A stretch of 63,899 nt of DNA, the filler included, from Rhabdomonas costata (Eukaryota): assembly GCA_019059605.1 (NCBI GenBank). It is 57 parts of 57 records of this genome, joined end to end, with 100 filler letters (N's around TTAATTAATTAA, not from the genome) between each part and the next. Parts side by side here need not be neighbours in the genome. Positions count along the whole stretch, not along the records: positions 12,357 to 13,380 come from JAHMHO010032926.1; positions 13,481 to 14,502 come from JAHMHO010032927.1; positions 14,603 to 15,625 come from JAHMHO010032928.1; positions 15,726 to 16,748 come from JAHMHO010032929.1; positions 16,849 to 17,871 come from JAHMHO010032930.1; positions 17,972 to 18,994 come from JAHMHO010032931.1; positions 19,095 to 20,118 come from JAHMHO010032932.1; positions 20,219 to 21,241 come from JAHMHO010032933.1; 49 more parts are not named here. One strand, 5' to 3'. A program made the translations under genes and the position numbers. The notes beneath the pieces were generated by a model. It was given only the letters and a program-made list of their open reading frames with translations, was not told the origin of the DNA and did no database searches. Positions 12,357-25,568 of the stretch are shown in pieces (position 1 is the first letter of the stretch; each line of letters starts with the position of its first letter).

Positions 12357-13256
12357 TTTGTGGGGGGTGTCACAAATGCTGTGGTCCACCTCCTTGATCA
12401 GCTTCTCAACTTCTTTTCTAGGCGAGTTACGCAACTTTCTGCGCGTCTTCCACTTGGGCTCTTGCGCTCTTGCTAACGCACGCTGATCTTCTGCAGTCGG
12501 CACAACCTCCTCTACTGTCTGCAAGTCTTCCGCAATAACTGCAAGCTCCTCTTGCAACACCGACTTATCCGTCACACTGGCTTCCGCATCACATTCTGCT
12601 CCCATCTTAGCGGAATGCTCCACTGCTAAGCTGAACGAGGGCGTTTCTTTTAACAGGGCGGGGGGCGTGTCTTTTCTTGTCGCTCCCTCCCCCCCTTGCT
12701 TGCCTTCTTCCTCTACCCCCTCCAACTCAGCATGCAACACTCCCGTCGTGGGGCACGTTATTCGAAACGAGTCCACTGCAGGAAGCGCCTGGATCTCGTA
12801 CACTTTCCCTTTTCGCCACACTTTTACAATCCTTCGCTTCCAGTCGACTTGCGGCTGAACCCGCGTTAAGAACGGGTAGCCCAATACAACCGGAATGGAC
12901 GTCTTAATCACTCGTAAGTACAACTTCACAGGCATTTCTCCCAATCTCCCTGTCACACGAACAAAGTGAGTAACAGGCAACCCCTCTCCATTCGCTACTC
13001 TCACTGTCAGCCTCTGTCGCAGTGGGTACGTCTGCAAATGCAACTGATGGACCACGTCCTGACTAATGAAAGAGTCAGACGCACCGGAGTCCACCAAAGC
13101 TCTCACCTGCCTCATCCCAATCACAAGAGGTAAGAACAACAAAGACTGCGGGGTGGTGGATCTGGGAGATTTTCCAAGAAACCGTCCCCCCCTTGCTCCG
13201 CTTTCTGGAAAGGAAGTACAAACAACGGCACCCAACCACTCACTTTCACATCTCAA
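12357..13256 (-). mobile_element. Ty3/Gypsy LTR retrotransposon aspartic protease and protease-RT linker
   Basis: VRALVDSGASDSFIS, VRVANG, VVLGYPFLTRVQPQVDWK: retropepsin signature; intronless 300-codon frame. Confidence 0.92.
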
Positions 13257-13480
13257 ATGCTCACGGGTTGGGTTCTCTCACCACGCTGAAAAGCTTCTTC
13301 GTCAACTTCCAAATGATCCGCTGGTCCCATGTCCCCAAAAGCACTCCATTTGCACTCCACGGGCTCACTGAACCGCACTTNNNNNNNNNNNNNNNNNNNN
13401 NNNNNNNNNNNNNNNNNNNNNNNNTTAATTAATTAANNNNNNNNNNNNNNNNNNNNNNNNNNNNNNNNNNNNNNNNNNNN

Positions 13481-13525
13481 CGCATCTTCGGCAGGTTCTT
13501 TCAGAAAGAACCTGCCGAAGATGCG
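13481..13525. repeat. Perfect 22-bp inverted repeat at contig start (probable fold-back artefact)
   Basis: cgcatcttcggcaggttctttc-a-gaaagaacctgccgaagatgcg. Confidence 0.9.
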
Positions 13526-15725
13526 AAAGTAAATGTCCAGACCAATTTCAATGCCTCCGGATCACTACTTTGTTTCTATTTTAATTTATTTATTTCAAGA
13601 AGAAGACCACCTGAGCATTCCAGAAGCAAAAACAGGTGTCCGCTTGTTGTACACGTCGGATTTTGTTTCATAATTTTGTGTGATCTGTTCATGAAATCCA
13701 GAAATGGATGAAAAACAACTTCAAAGACTTTGCACCTTGGCGCTGAGTACAGGTTTGTTTATACTTGTGGTGTGATCTGGAATTTTATTCTGTCAGCAGT
13801 GTACGTACTTAGGACCCTGGGAACTTTTTTCCTCCTCTAGGAATGTAAAACTCCGTGATCGATATTTTGATTCATTGTTGGGATGCGTGGAAAACTACCT
13901 CGCAGTGAAAATCCCTATCGTTGTAACGTTGTGAAAATTCCGAATTGATGTTGGGGTTGTTGGTGATGTGAATGGAGGCTTCTCCGCTCGGGTCGCTTTT
14001 TTCATATTTGGTGTCTCCAATACTGAGCTAGAAGGGCGAGAGTTCTCTCCGAGCACGCCCATGAAATTACAGCAAGAGTGCGGTTGCAGAGGATGGGGAA
14101 GTAGCGAGCGCGAGCTTCCCACCAGTCTGCTTTAATAAGGGACCCTAAGTCAGAGAAGAGACGCTCACCGCTAACCTATCGCATGCAAGATCAAATACCT
14201 TCTCTCTCTATCTCCAGGGTTGCATTAAACTTTGAACTGCATTGAACTGTTGAACACGTCACATCTAACTTTGAACTCTGAACTTCGATGCTGAATTTTG
14301 GGCTGATTTTCAATAGCATCCTTGAATTTCTTCTTGTGCGTTTTGCTACGCTCACGACATGGACCTTTGAACTTTGAACTGGTCACATTTTTCCAAAAAC
14401 AAGCGTCATCTCAGTGCAGCAAGCAGTCCGCACGAGGTCCGCACGGTTCCAAAGGCAGGAGATAGCAAAAACAAACCAGAACAAACCATACGACGACACC
14501 ACNNNNNNNNNNNNNNNNNNNNNNNNNNNNNNNNNNNNNNNNNNNNTTAATTAATTAANNNNNNNNNNNNNNNNNNNNNNNNNNNNNNNNNNNNNNNNNN
14601 NNTGTTTTGGTGGTCCGAGGTCCGGCTGAACATCGGCGACGGGGAAAGCAGAACGGCTCGCTGGATGCCCTCCCCTTACAAGGCCTACAACGATGGACGA
14701 CTTCGAAGTGGACGAGAGGGCTGGCAGTGGGGATGGGGATCTCAGAAGTGGCAGCCCTTCAGCATTCAATGAGACAACAGACACTCAGAACAGGAAGGAA
14801 TGCAAAGGGTCAATAGAAAGCAAATAAAACCTGAAAAAAAAGGAAAGCCGAGAGATAAAGAAAGCACATTCACGAGAAACATGAAGGAAACGAAAGGCTC
14901 GATTGAAAGCGAGTAAAAAACCCATAAAAAACAAGCAGGGGCACTGTGCCGGCGCTGGTGCGAAGGGGTCCCGAAACGAAAAGAACCGATTCCCTTCGCC
15001 ACAAGGTCAGACTGAGGACACTGTTTGCTAGGGTGCAGAGAAATAAAACCTGCAGAAGACCTTGGTGTGTGCAGTTTTGGACTTCGGCACCGCTCTGACA
15101 AAACAGAAAATAAAGGCTATGACTGTGAAGACTGCCTTGGGTGGGATTTCGGAGGAAGCGGAGATTACCGCTGCCTGCCCCTCAGCCCCACCCACCCGGG
15201 GCTTGCCATTGACCAAGGAAGACGAGGACCATCGTTCGGCAACAGTGCAATGCACTTCTTCCCCGCAGTTTGCGGCATCAGTAGGGCCTCACGTCTAAAG
15301 GATTTTTTTGCCCCAGTATTGGGCGCGGGGTGGGGAATGACACAGAGATTCTCTTCCCTGAAAGGATCACTCTGATTATTGAACTCCGTCTTCTTATGGA
15401 CCATTTGAATGAGAATTGTGGAAATCCAATGTCAAAACATGGGAAGCGGGCAGGGTATAAAGGGATGATCTCACTTCGTGTTTTTTATATTTTTTGACAC
15501 CGGTCCGAAATGCTCTCAATTAATGAACAGTTTTCCCTTTTGAAGTTAAGCGGGCGATATCGCACTGTCCCCGGAATTGATCCACCACCCGAGCCTGTCC
15601 ACCACGACTTCCCCTAACCAAACCCNNNNNNNNNNNNNNNNNNNNNNNNNNNNNNNNNNNNNNNNNNNNTTAATTAATTAANNNNNNNNNNNNNNNNNNN
15701 NNNNNNNNNNNNNNNNNNNNNNNNN

Positions 15726-16648
15726 CTGCACGAGTTCGTGCCCCATGGTATGAGGGAGGGTGGGGTGGGCATTCCCAATGCCTTAAGGAAGTGCGTGATT
15801 GTTTTTCAACTGGATTCAGCTGGAGTGAATAACCAGAATTTAGGTTGCATGCTGTCTTTTTTCGTGTTTGTTCACTGTGAATACGCGGCAGATGCTTCTG
15901 GTCCCGAGGCCCAGGAGATCGCCAAGGCGCTGGGGCTGCCTCTGGACAAGGTGGCGCACCGCATTCAGTCCCTGAAGGAGAGCAACCCCATGCTGGGCCA
16001 CCGAGGGTGCCGCCTGGGGATCACGTATCCCGAGATCTACGACATGCAAGTCCGTGCCATCTTCGAGGCGGCCTGCGAGGCATGCGTCCTCCTCTCCCTC
16101 GCTCTGCCCACCTCACCCTAGAGAGATAAGGCCAAGCCCAGAGTCGTATCACCCCACATCCGCGTTCATCCTTTTCCGCCATCCTTCAGTCTCAATCCTT
16201 TAGGTCAAGAAGGCAGGCAAGCCGTGCGCTCCTCCGGAGGTGATGATCCCTCTGGTGGGCAAGGTGGAGGAGTTCAACATCCTCAAGGAGAACTGCCACA
16301 AGGTTGCAGCAGCCGTGATGAAGGAGCAGAAGATGAAGTTCAAGTACATGGTGGGGACGATGATTGAGGTGTGTCCTTTCGGAGAACAAGCGTAAGCATG
16401 AAGTCTCGGCCTCTTGTTGTTTTCGTGGTTTGCAGGAGCCCAGTAACCATCTGAGCACGCACACGCCTTCAATGCCTTAGGTCCCCCGTGCGGCTGTGAC
16501 CGCGGACACCATTGCCAAGGAGGCCGAGTTCTTCTCCTTCGGTACCAACGACCTCACCCAGATGGGCTGCGGGTTCTCTCGGGATGATGCAGGCTCCTTC
16601 CTGGGGCAGTACGTCGAGCTGGGCATCTTTGACAAGGACCCCTTCCAG
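15726..16648 (+). CDS. PPDK: Pyruvate phosphate dikinase, C-terminal region (exons 15726-15747, 15892-16079, 16204-16368, 16481-16648)
   Basis: [70 protein letters not shown]; all exon phases are compatible; intron 2 is GC-AG. Confidence 0.97.
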
Positions 16649-18330
16649 GTTGCCTTGGCACTTGGGGGTGACGGGGACAGTGTAAGCCCACCCACGAGAC
16701 TCTTCCATCTACTCCCCAGCCCCCCCTCCGTCCCCACTCTCTTCTCACNNNNNNNNNNNNNNNNNNNNNNNNNNNNNNNNNNNNNNNNNNNNTTAATTAA
16801 TTAANNNNNNNNNNNNNNNNNNNNNNNNNNNNNNNNNNNNNNNNNNNNGGGTTTGGGGTAGACACCGGCAAAAAAGAATTGCTCCCTTTTTTGCCTGATA
16901 AACTGCTCTCTGGTACAGCAGGCGCGGTTTTTGGCATGTATGCCGGTATTTGTGATCGGGCAGGAGGAAATTACTGTTGGAATCGTATTTCTCCCATGTG
17001 GGATTGCAAATGGCAGTGCAACTCTATAGGCATTGAAGAGTGGGGCTCTAACCGAGCAAAAGAAGGCCAGAGGACAAAGCAGTACAGTGAGGATGAGAAT
17101 CTCTAAATGATCAGCGGGAAAAACCGGAAAAGGAAGGTGCGGGGGGAATGGGAGGGGAGGACACACTTGAATTTCTGCTGAGTTTTGGGCAGCGGCAACC
17201 CGCCAGCGCAGGTTTGTGGATCGGTTTTCTGATCCGGAGGAAGAGGAGGAAGAGGGGATGGGCAGGATGGGTGGCCACATCCTCGCCCAGATCCAGGCGG
17301 AATGGAATTCGACAGACAATGACAGAAGAATGACAGAAGAAGACTGCGCGATCAGCTGGATGGGGGGGAGAGGACATGATGATGGGACCCAGCGGCGGCT
17401 CACCGGGGGATTGGATCTGGAGCGCAGGCGAGAAGGCAGGCGAAAGGGTGGACGCCACTCGACTGCAACTTGTTGGTTTTTTCTCTGGAGAACGAACATT
17501 GGTGTTCAGGAAAATCTGGTTGGACCCCGGGAGGAACCGAGGCAACGAGGGAATGGAAAAGACAGAGCAAAAGCCCGCGGAGAAGAGAAGCCTAGGGCTT
17601 CGCAGCAATGCATCCCCATGCATTCTCCCAACCTCTCTCCAACCTCCCCAACCCTACCCCTTCCCAACACACACATACACACACACACATACACACCTAC
17701 CCACACAATTCTGGAACAAGAGTTCTCCCTCTCTCATCATAGCTACTCTCCTTCTCTCCCTTCTGACTCACCCCTCCCAACACCCACTGTTTTGGCCCAT
17801 CATACGGACGACGAACTCAACAGCCCTCCTCCAGCACCAACCTCCCTCCCCTGACCCGTAACCCCACCACCNNNNNNNNNNNNNNNNNNNNNNNNNNNNN
17901 NNNNNNNNNNNNNNNTTAATTAATTAANNNNNNNNNNNNNNNNNNNNNNNNNNNNNNNNNNNNNNNNNNNNACGCTAAAAAAATGGATGCATATTATTTT
18001 GGGTTCATATGTAAGATGTCACACGGATAACTAGCCGTTAAGATTTTTGCAGAAGACACCTTCTTTCGCTAAGGCAAGTGAAGATCTCACACATTTCCGC
18101 AGGGCAAAATGTTCGTGCGGATGCCTTATATACACACACAGTGGACAAGGCGAATCCAAGTTTTGCAGATATGTAGTGTTTGCTGAGTTTTGAGACGTTG
18201 AGGTTGGATAGAACGCTCTGTAAACCTGTAATGGTGTCAGAAGCAGGTGAATATGAGGATTAGTGGGCCGGCTACTCACTTAACCCAGTAGTGCGGAAGA
18301 GGTACTACAAAGTGGCACCATGGTAGAATT

Positions 18331-18994
18331 TTGGAGCTGGTGAAGATTGCGGTACCATTCCGTAGTTATTTGCGGTACCAAGATTCTCACGCAGCAGGGC
18401 ATTGTGCAGTGTACCTGACGGACGCACTGATCACGAGAACTTACGCATTCAAGAACATCAATGGAAAGGTGAGAGATTATGTGAGTTCCTGTGATTTGTA
18501 TAAGAGCTGCAAAGCGTACCAAAATTTACAAGGAGGACATAAACAGGTGTTTGAGGTGCCAGTGATGAAATGTGAATTAATTTCAATGGACTTTGTTTCC
18601 ATGCCACAGGGCCTTTGGACGTTTTCGGAAAAAGTGCAGGTTGTGAATAATGTGTTGACCTTTACACACCAGGCTGCAAAGATGGTTATGGCGATACAGC
18701 GCCATTACAAAATGAATTCACACGACATTGCAGAGTTGTTCTGGTGGGACACCATAAGTTTGTGTATTTCCGTAGAGATAGTGGACCTATCAGATGACAT
18801 CTCGATCAGAATATTATTGCTGTATTATCAGCAGAAAAACTTGAAGACAAAAGACCAACCATACCATGAATCATGTGGTGAACAAGCTGATGTATTTGCA
18901 TCCATGCACAACTGGGATGGAGTTTTTGGTCTTGGTGGAGTTGCAATCAACGGTGAGCCTATTGCCAATACAGACTACAGACAATTCTACCTGA
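18331..18994 (+). mobile_element. Degenerate Ty3/Gypsy integrase (zinc-binding region and start of core)
   Basis: QDSHAAGH..VRDYVSSCDLYKSCK..ISMDFVSMP..KMVMAI: decayed HHCC domain plus the first catalytic Asp. Confidence 0.8.
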
Positions 18995-19346
18995 NNNNNN
19001 NNNNNNNNNNNNNNNNNNNNNNNNNNNNNNNNNNNNNNTTAATTAATTAANNNNNNNNNNNNNNNNNNNNNNNNNNNNNNNNNNNNNNNNNNNNGGTTTT
19101 TGGGTCTCACATCCTTTCTATCTTCGGTTTCTGCTCTTGCTGCAAAATTCCACCGCAGGTTTCCTTCCATCCAACCTGTGATCACAGTTGGGGCAAAATG
19201 CAATGCAAGCGCTGATATCCAATCCGTGTGTTCTCTCTCCACAGAAAGAAACTCTTCTGCTTGCGACAGTGCCAGCGTAGGTGTACCTTGAGCGCAGGTA
19301 AGGGGGAATAAAGGGAAGATGTCACGGAGGGCAGGAAGCCATCCAC

Positions 19347-20054
19347 CTTCTTCCTCAATGACGCGAGAGTCCGCGGGCATCGAGCCCGGCGAGATGCCCC
19401 CGACATCCGAGTGGTGGCCGCGGCTGCCCACCCAGAACAGCACGGTCCGGCCCTCGAGGTCGAAGACTGGAGTGATCACCGTCATGTCCGGGAGGTGGGT
19501 CCCACCGTGATAGGGGCTGTTTAGCAGAAAGCTGTCTCCAGGCTGCAGCGTTCCTTAATTGGAAAAAAAAAGAGCATCGGAAATAAACCACGAGCACGAC
19601 GACCAGGGTAATAAAACTCTCACACCAATCTCGCTACTTTCATTCGCATCAGCGTCTTCCTTGCCACGATCGACAGTCCATCTTAGAGTCGTCCATTCCT
19701 TCATCCATTCAGCTCAGAATTCACTTGTGATTGGACTTCCCCCTTCCCCTCCATGTTCGAGCGACCCCCTGAGGCTGCAGTTTCCCCAGCTTTTTTTTTC
19801 CTGACACAACGCAAGAGAGAGAATATCTCGCCCAAATCACAACGTTCCTTGCAGTTCAAGGTGTTTTGTGTACCCTATGCATTGAGAAACTTTCGCCCTC
19901 GCACAGAATGGGTACCCAGGCTGTCCTGGATCACGACCTTCACGGACTCGCTCATGGAACCGAGGTGGACGGGCATGTGCGGGGCGTTGGCGACGAGCTC
20001 CCCAGCAGGCGTGAACAGCGCACATGAGAAGTCCAGCCTTTCCTTAATGTTGAC
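19347..20054 (-). CDS. OPLAH: 5-oxoprolinase (hydantoinase B domain), partial (exons 20054-19916, 19553-19347)
   Basis: [65 protein letters not shown] intron in compatible phase. Confidence 0.96.
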
Positions 20055-23000
20055 CTGCGCGGTGTGGTGACAGGGCACGTGCAACAAAAACGAGCCAAAA
20101 CGCAACCAACCCCCCAAANNNNNNNNNNNNNNNNNNNNNNNNNNNNNNNNNNNNNNNNNNNNTTAATTAATTAANNNNNNNNNNNNNNNNNNNNNNNNNN
20201 NNNNNNNNNNNNNNNNNNGTTTGTGTGGATGGAGAACCACACGGACCACACGGACAGGGGACGGGGACCGACCTGCTCGCGGTGCTGCCCGTTTAGGGCA
20301 GCTGCCTTGGCCTTCTTCTGCCTCTCCTTCGCCCGCTCCAGCAAGGTCGCCGCACGCCACTGCTGATGCTGCGCCAGGGCCCAGGCCTTCTCCTCCTGAT
20401 GGTTTTTTCGAGCGGGGTCGGGGTGTCATTTTTTTCCGGACTCTTCACTTTCCCGTAACCTCAGGGTGAGGCGCCCTGCGGCATGGCTCGCAAAGGAGCT
20501 GTCGTGTGGCGACTCGCGACGTAGAGGAAATCAGATCATGGTTGCTCTAGTCTCACACTCAAGCACTCAAGCGCGCGTGCGCGAGGCGAGATCATGACAC
20601 TGAACTGAATTGACGTTTGAGCACCCCCCCCCCTCCTCTCTCTCTCATTGAACTCTGAGGTCTCTCGAGGCTACAACAATAGACCAAAGGGAATTTTTTC
20701 ATCGAAACACAGGACAAAGGCACAGGATGAGCAAGACGGTTTATGACCCCGATACAACCACTGAGGTCACCCCATTCTCCCGCCTTCAGCCATAAAGAGC
20801 CCTACTACTACTCACCGTTACCACGTCAAGGGGGAAGCTTCTACTCAGCTTTCCTACCAATGTGATGTCATGGGCCATGCTCCAAGCAAGAAAGAGTCAC
20901 ACATGAGGCCCCCTGCACAAGTACAAAAGCAAAACCCACAGCCAAGCTAATATGATGGGCAGATTGGGCATTGTCACTAAAACACTATGGATGCCTCACA
21001 CATGTGGCCCCCTACAAAAGGCACACGTGCACAAGGCACACCGCTTTGGCAGCTGCCTTGTCGGCCTCTCGCTGCTGGCGCTGCAGCTCCTGCTCATCCA
21101 GAATGGCTTGGCTGAGGCAAGGGTACCAACCCAACAAAGGGCGTGGGCACCACCAGAGCCAGCAGTGCGTCAAGTAACGCATAGATACATTGCAAACCAC
21201 GCTACCCCGTCCAAGAGAGGTAACCGTTACCACTCCCCCCCNNNNNNNNNNNNNNNNNNNNNNNNNNNNNNNNNNNNNNNNNNNNTTAATTAATTAANNN
21301 NNNNNNNNNNNNNNNNNNNNNNNNNNNNNNNNNNNNNNNNNGGTTTGTGTGGGGTGGAATTGGGTGGATTCCGGAACACAGAAAGAGAGATTTAATTGTG
21401 TGACTGTGGAGGAAAGGGAGGTGAACGTGCGTCTTAGGTAAAGATGTCGCGTAAACGAAGCAATTGTGGTCCATGAAACTGCCGCCAGTGAAGTTCCTGC
21501 AAAGTTGAAAAGTTCTCGGTGTTGTCCGGTTCAGGGAAGGGAAGAAAAGGAGGGACTGAGATAATGTCGAGGGAAAGAGCAGCAGCGGTCAGTGACAACT
21601 AAACCCCGTAACCAGAGGCTACTGCAAGCAGAACGTAATTCACAGCAGCTCAGCTCAGGAGAGGAACCTGCTGCGCAGCGTCCACCTGCGCCTGCACCTC
21701 TCGACTTTGGGCACACCCCATAGTTTTTACACTTCCGCAACACAACCCACCTCACAGGCGCAAGGAAAAGAGAGAAAAAAACGAAGAAATGCTGGAGCAA
21801 GAACATCGCAGGAGGGAGGCTTGCAAAACGTCCCAGTGCCATGGCAGAATCGTTCGAGAGACGAAGCAGCCACAAATGTGATTGCAGATGAAAAATGCTC
21901 TGACCAAGGTTGGATTTAAATGAAGTTTGAACTCGGTACCCAGAAAATAAGAGAAGCAAACCGAAGGAAAGGGCCAGAGTCCTATTCATCTGCTTCCATG
22001 GCTCGCTCTTTTCAAGCACGTTTTGGAAGTATCGTGAGAAGTATGCATGGAGACGGGGCTATTAACATATAGCACGTTTATTAGAACACGTGCTTTTCAG
22101 CCAGTGACTTGAAAACGTTTGACCCCATTGAAGCATTATACCGTTTCCAGGAAACTCGTTTCCATTGGAAACTCATGACATACTAAATTCTGAGTTTCGG
22201 GATGCAACTCACCTTGCATCTTCATAAGAACCGATCAGTGCCCTCCCAAAAAGTCATTGGTGGGTAATTCGTGTTCAGGTCAAGCTGTGTGCTAAGGACC
22301 GTCGCGCAAGGACTGCAACCAGGAGGGTGGGACTCCACCTAGCCTCCATTCCTCAATGCAGTGANNNNNNNNNNNNNNNNNNNNNNNNNNNNNNNNNNNN
22401 NNNNNNNNTTAATTAATTAANNNNNNNNNNNNNNNNNNNNNNNNNNNNNNNNNNNNNNNNNNNNTGTGGGGGTGTGTTTGGTTGGGGGAAAATGAGAAGA
22501 TGGACACCGGGAATGGGGCAAGTGTCGGATAGGGCAGTGTACAGTAGCAAAACGGGGTGTGGGAAGAACAAGAATTCGAAGAAAGGACACGACGGAAAAA
22601 GCGCAAGGCACAAGACTGGGCTTTTGGCTGTTCAAAAGGAAAGGAAAGGAAAGGTAAGGGTGGGGGCGGGGCAGAATGCAAGAAAAAATTAACATCTCAA
22701 CCACCGAATCATATTGAACATAGCAGCAGACTGCACAGTTTCCCTTGCACCCTCCGTTTCCACCCAGTAATCCAGAAATCTTCACCTCAACCGCACCGTT
22801 CTGATTTTGGACAGCGTAAGAAGAGGAACCCGCCTAAGGTTCATACGTTCGACACTCAACACCAACCGCGTGACATTGCGCAAGCACGACACCTTCAGGA
22901 ATCCATAGTGGCTGTGGTAAACCAATTGCCTTTAACCAAACCTCATATTATTACCAAAAAGAAATTCGACCAGATTGCCCCAATGAGGTCAACGTACACT

Positions 23001-24310
23001 CATACTCTTACCCACTCAGAAATCAACCACGAACTTTGGATTCAGGAACCTGACGCCCCCTATCCCCGATAGGCCGATGTTATCTCCCAGAAGCGAGTTC
23101 TCGGATCCGTTTTGCATAGAAATTGGCCTTTATGCCACCAAAAGTTCAGCTATCGATGACAAGAGATAATGGTTTCAGAAGCCAGGGAGGCCGAGACTTC
23201 TGAACAAGATGTTGGTACCTGGGGTTCATGAGAGGAGAGTATGTGTTGGCTTTTTCACTTGTGGAGGCGCAAAAAGCCAGTTCAAACAGCCACAACACTT
23301 GAGTCGACGGCCAACTTGACGCTTGACGACGAATGGGTTAACACGGCCGTTTCCCCGCAGAAATGCATGCCGACGGTAACACGCCACAATTGCCAATAGT
23401 GCAAATGCAAAAAACAAGTGGCAGGGCGTGCACAAAAAGACTGTGACATCGCCATTCTTCAGAATTGCATTCTCAATAATAACCCACNNNNNNNNNNNNN
23501 NNNNNNNNNNNNNNNNNNNNNNNNNNNNNNNTTAATTAATTAANNNNNNNNNNNNNNNNNNNNNNNNNNNNNNNNNNNNNNNNNNNNTGTTGTGGTTGGA
23601 ATAGTGCAGGGAGGCCCATTTGCTGCGATGGGGGAGCGGGAGCAGCACTTCATGCAAATGGATGAAGAATTTGCACGTGTGTGGATTTGAGGGATTTTGA
23701 GCATTTTGTGCTGTGCGAAGCGGAACCGGCCTCCGGGGGAGAGGAGGAGGAGTCTCCCGTTGGTGGGCTTTGCTTTTGTTTCTACTGCAGCCTAGTGTGC
23801 CATTAGTGGTAGTACGCATTTTCACGTCGTTGGTGTTGTATTTCCGCTCTTGCTACCAATAAGCCCACTTTTATACGGCAAGTTATAAACACACGCATAA
23901 GAGATGGCGTTGTGGCCATGAAAAGTTTCTGCATTTAAATGCGAAAGAACTGATTTGATGATGAAGAAGTGGAGCAGAGATAGAGAAGAGAAGGGCTTGT
24001 CGGAGGTGAACGTGGGTAAAATTTTCGTGGGTCACTATAACGTGTAGGCTGCGGGAAGGATGCGAGCGAAGATCAGGTGTCTCCAGGCTGTTCTATAGGA
24101 AACGTTAGCTATCCTCTGTTTCTTCTTTCTGTTATCTTTTTCGTCTCTTTCTCACGTTTTCACCAAACTGATTGGCACAACTCTGTGGTTTTGTGCTCAC
24201 AATTAAGGGCGAATACATAGACACACGCATACATTGAAAATCCCTGTTCTTTGCATCGCGCTGGAGGGCCTCTCTTTGGCTTCTTCTTTCGCTGCTGCTG
24301 TGCCCTGCGA

Positions 24311-24379
24311 ATGAACGTCGTGCAGGAGATTCGCAGGATCAACTCTAAGGAGCTCAACCTGGGCCTGGACGGATCCAGG
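24311..24379 (+). CDS. RBMX2: RBMX2/Snu17(Ist3)-like splicing factor, first exon
   Basis: MNVVQEIRRINSKELNLGLDGSR followed by a GT donor; resembles the conserved RBMX2 N-terminus; short match. Confidence 0.65.
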
Positions 24380-24899
24380 GTATCTGCGCACCCCACGTCC
24401 AAATGAGATGGCGTATCGGTGGACCCTTCCATTCCCAACGGCGCACTCTGCCTGAATACGCTAAAGGTCAGTGCCCCAAGGTGGCTTTTGGCCGAAACCA
24501 TCTCCCTTGCCCTCAGGAATTCTTGTCTAAGAAGTCCAAACTAGAGGGTTAAGGAAAAACATGGCACAGGCAAGGATGCTTCGATCAGCTCGGGAAAGAC
24601 GACAACCCCCNNNNNNNNNNNNNNNNNNNNNNNNNNNNNNNNNNNNNNNNNNNNTTAATTAATTAANNNNNNNNNNNNNNNNNNNNNNNNNNNNNNNNNN
24701 NNNNNNNNNNGACAGAGGAATACAGGCTTGTGTCCATTGCAAATATGTAATGGGAGAGCCTAGGCACTGACTCAAAGCATCTAACAATGGGATATATGAG
24801 TGCAGCTTACGTGAGCTTGCACGCTCCAAGACAAACACAGAAGAAGTGCGGTCTGGGGGCACTCCATGGTAGACAGGCGCTTTAGGATACCATCGAGGC

Positions 24900-25568
24900 A
24901 TGCAAGTTTTTGGAGAAATAAGATTCAAAATGCGTTGGGGGTCCCACATTCTTCAAAGGCACGTGCGTGAGGCGGTGAATCAGAGAGACGCATCACCCCA
25001 AATCCGTGATTTTTCCCAATTGAAAGAAAGGCCATGTTTTCCAAAACAGTGAGCATGGCACTCAACGCTTGAGAAGCTGATCTGAAGACCCCATGAGGTG
25101 ACAGTCGTCCAGAAACAACACGTCCCACTGGGCAAAGAGCTTCGCAACATCCACCACCTAGAGGGTACCGAAAGGGAAAAACTCATGTCCAATGGGGTCC
25201 CCTTGCTGCACACTGACTGGACGCAATAACTCCAAGACGGAAAAAAGTTGAGTTGGTGATCAATAACACCAATCAGCCCAATGTGCGAGTGCGGGAGCGC
25301 GTTTGTGAATTTTGGGCAGAACGATATCACGTCGGAGACCTTTGAAAGTGTTCAAAAAATCGAGCTGCATTATAGACAGCGACAACGAAATATTATTGTT
25401 CCACTGCTGCACAGCGTGTGCAATCATTTTGCAGGCAATTGGAACCACAACACCACACTGATGGAGGGACGGAATAGAAGTCAAATAAGAGGGTTTGTCA
25501 CTGAGGAGTGCCTTACCAGCCACTCCGCAGCGTCTCACCCACAGCAATCGGTAGGATTCATCCTCCAT
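24900..25568 (-). mobile_element. Degenerate non-LTR retrotransposon reverse transcriptase, CRE-like
   Basis: QCGVVVP..IAHAVQ..QLDFLNTFKGLRRD..WADWCY*SP..VQQGDPIG..LFLDDCHLMG, with in-frame stops. Confidence 0.8.

Noticed and set aside
13481-13525. Contig-terminal hairpins as terminators, MITEs or viral hairpin ends (also 35678, 48289, 52610, 60488, 63815)
   Set aside because: All lie at contig ends with unrelated sequences, and one duplicates coding sequence; best explained as fold-back chimeras.
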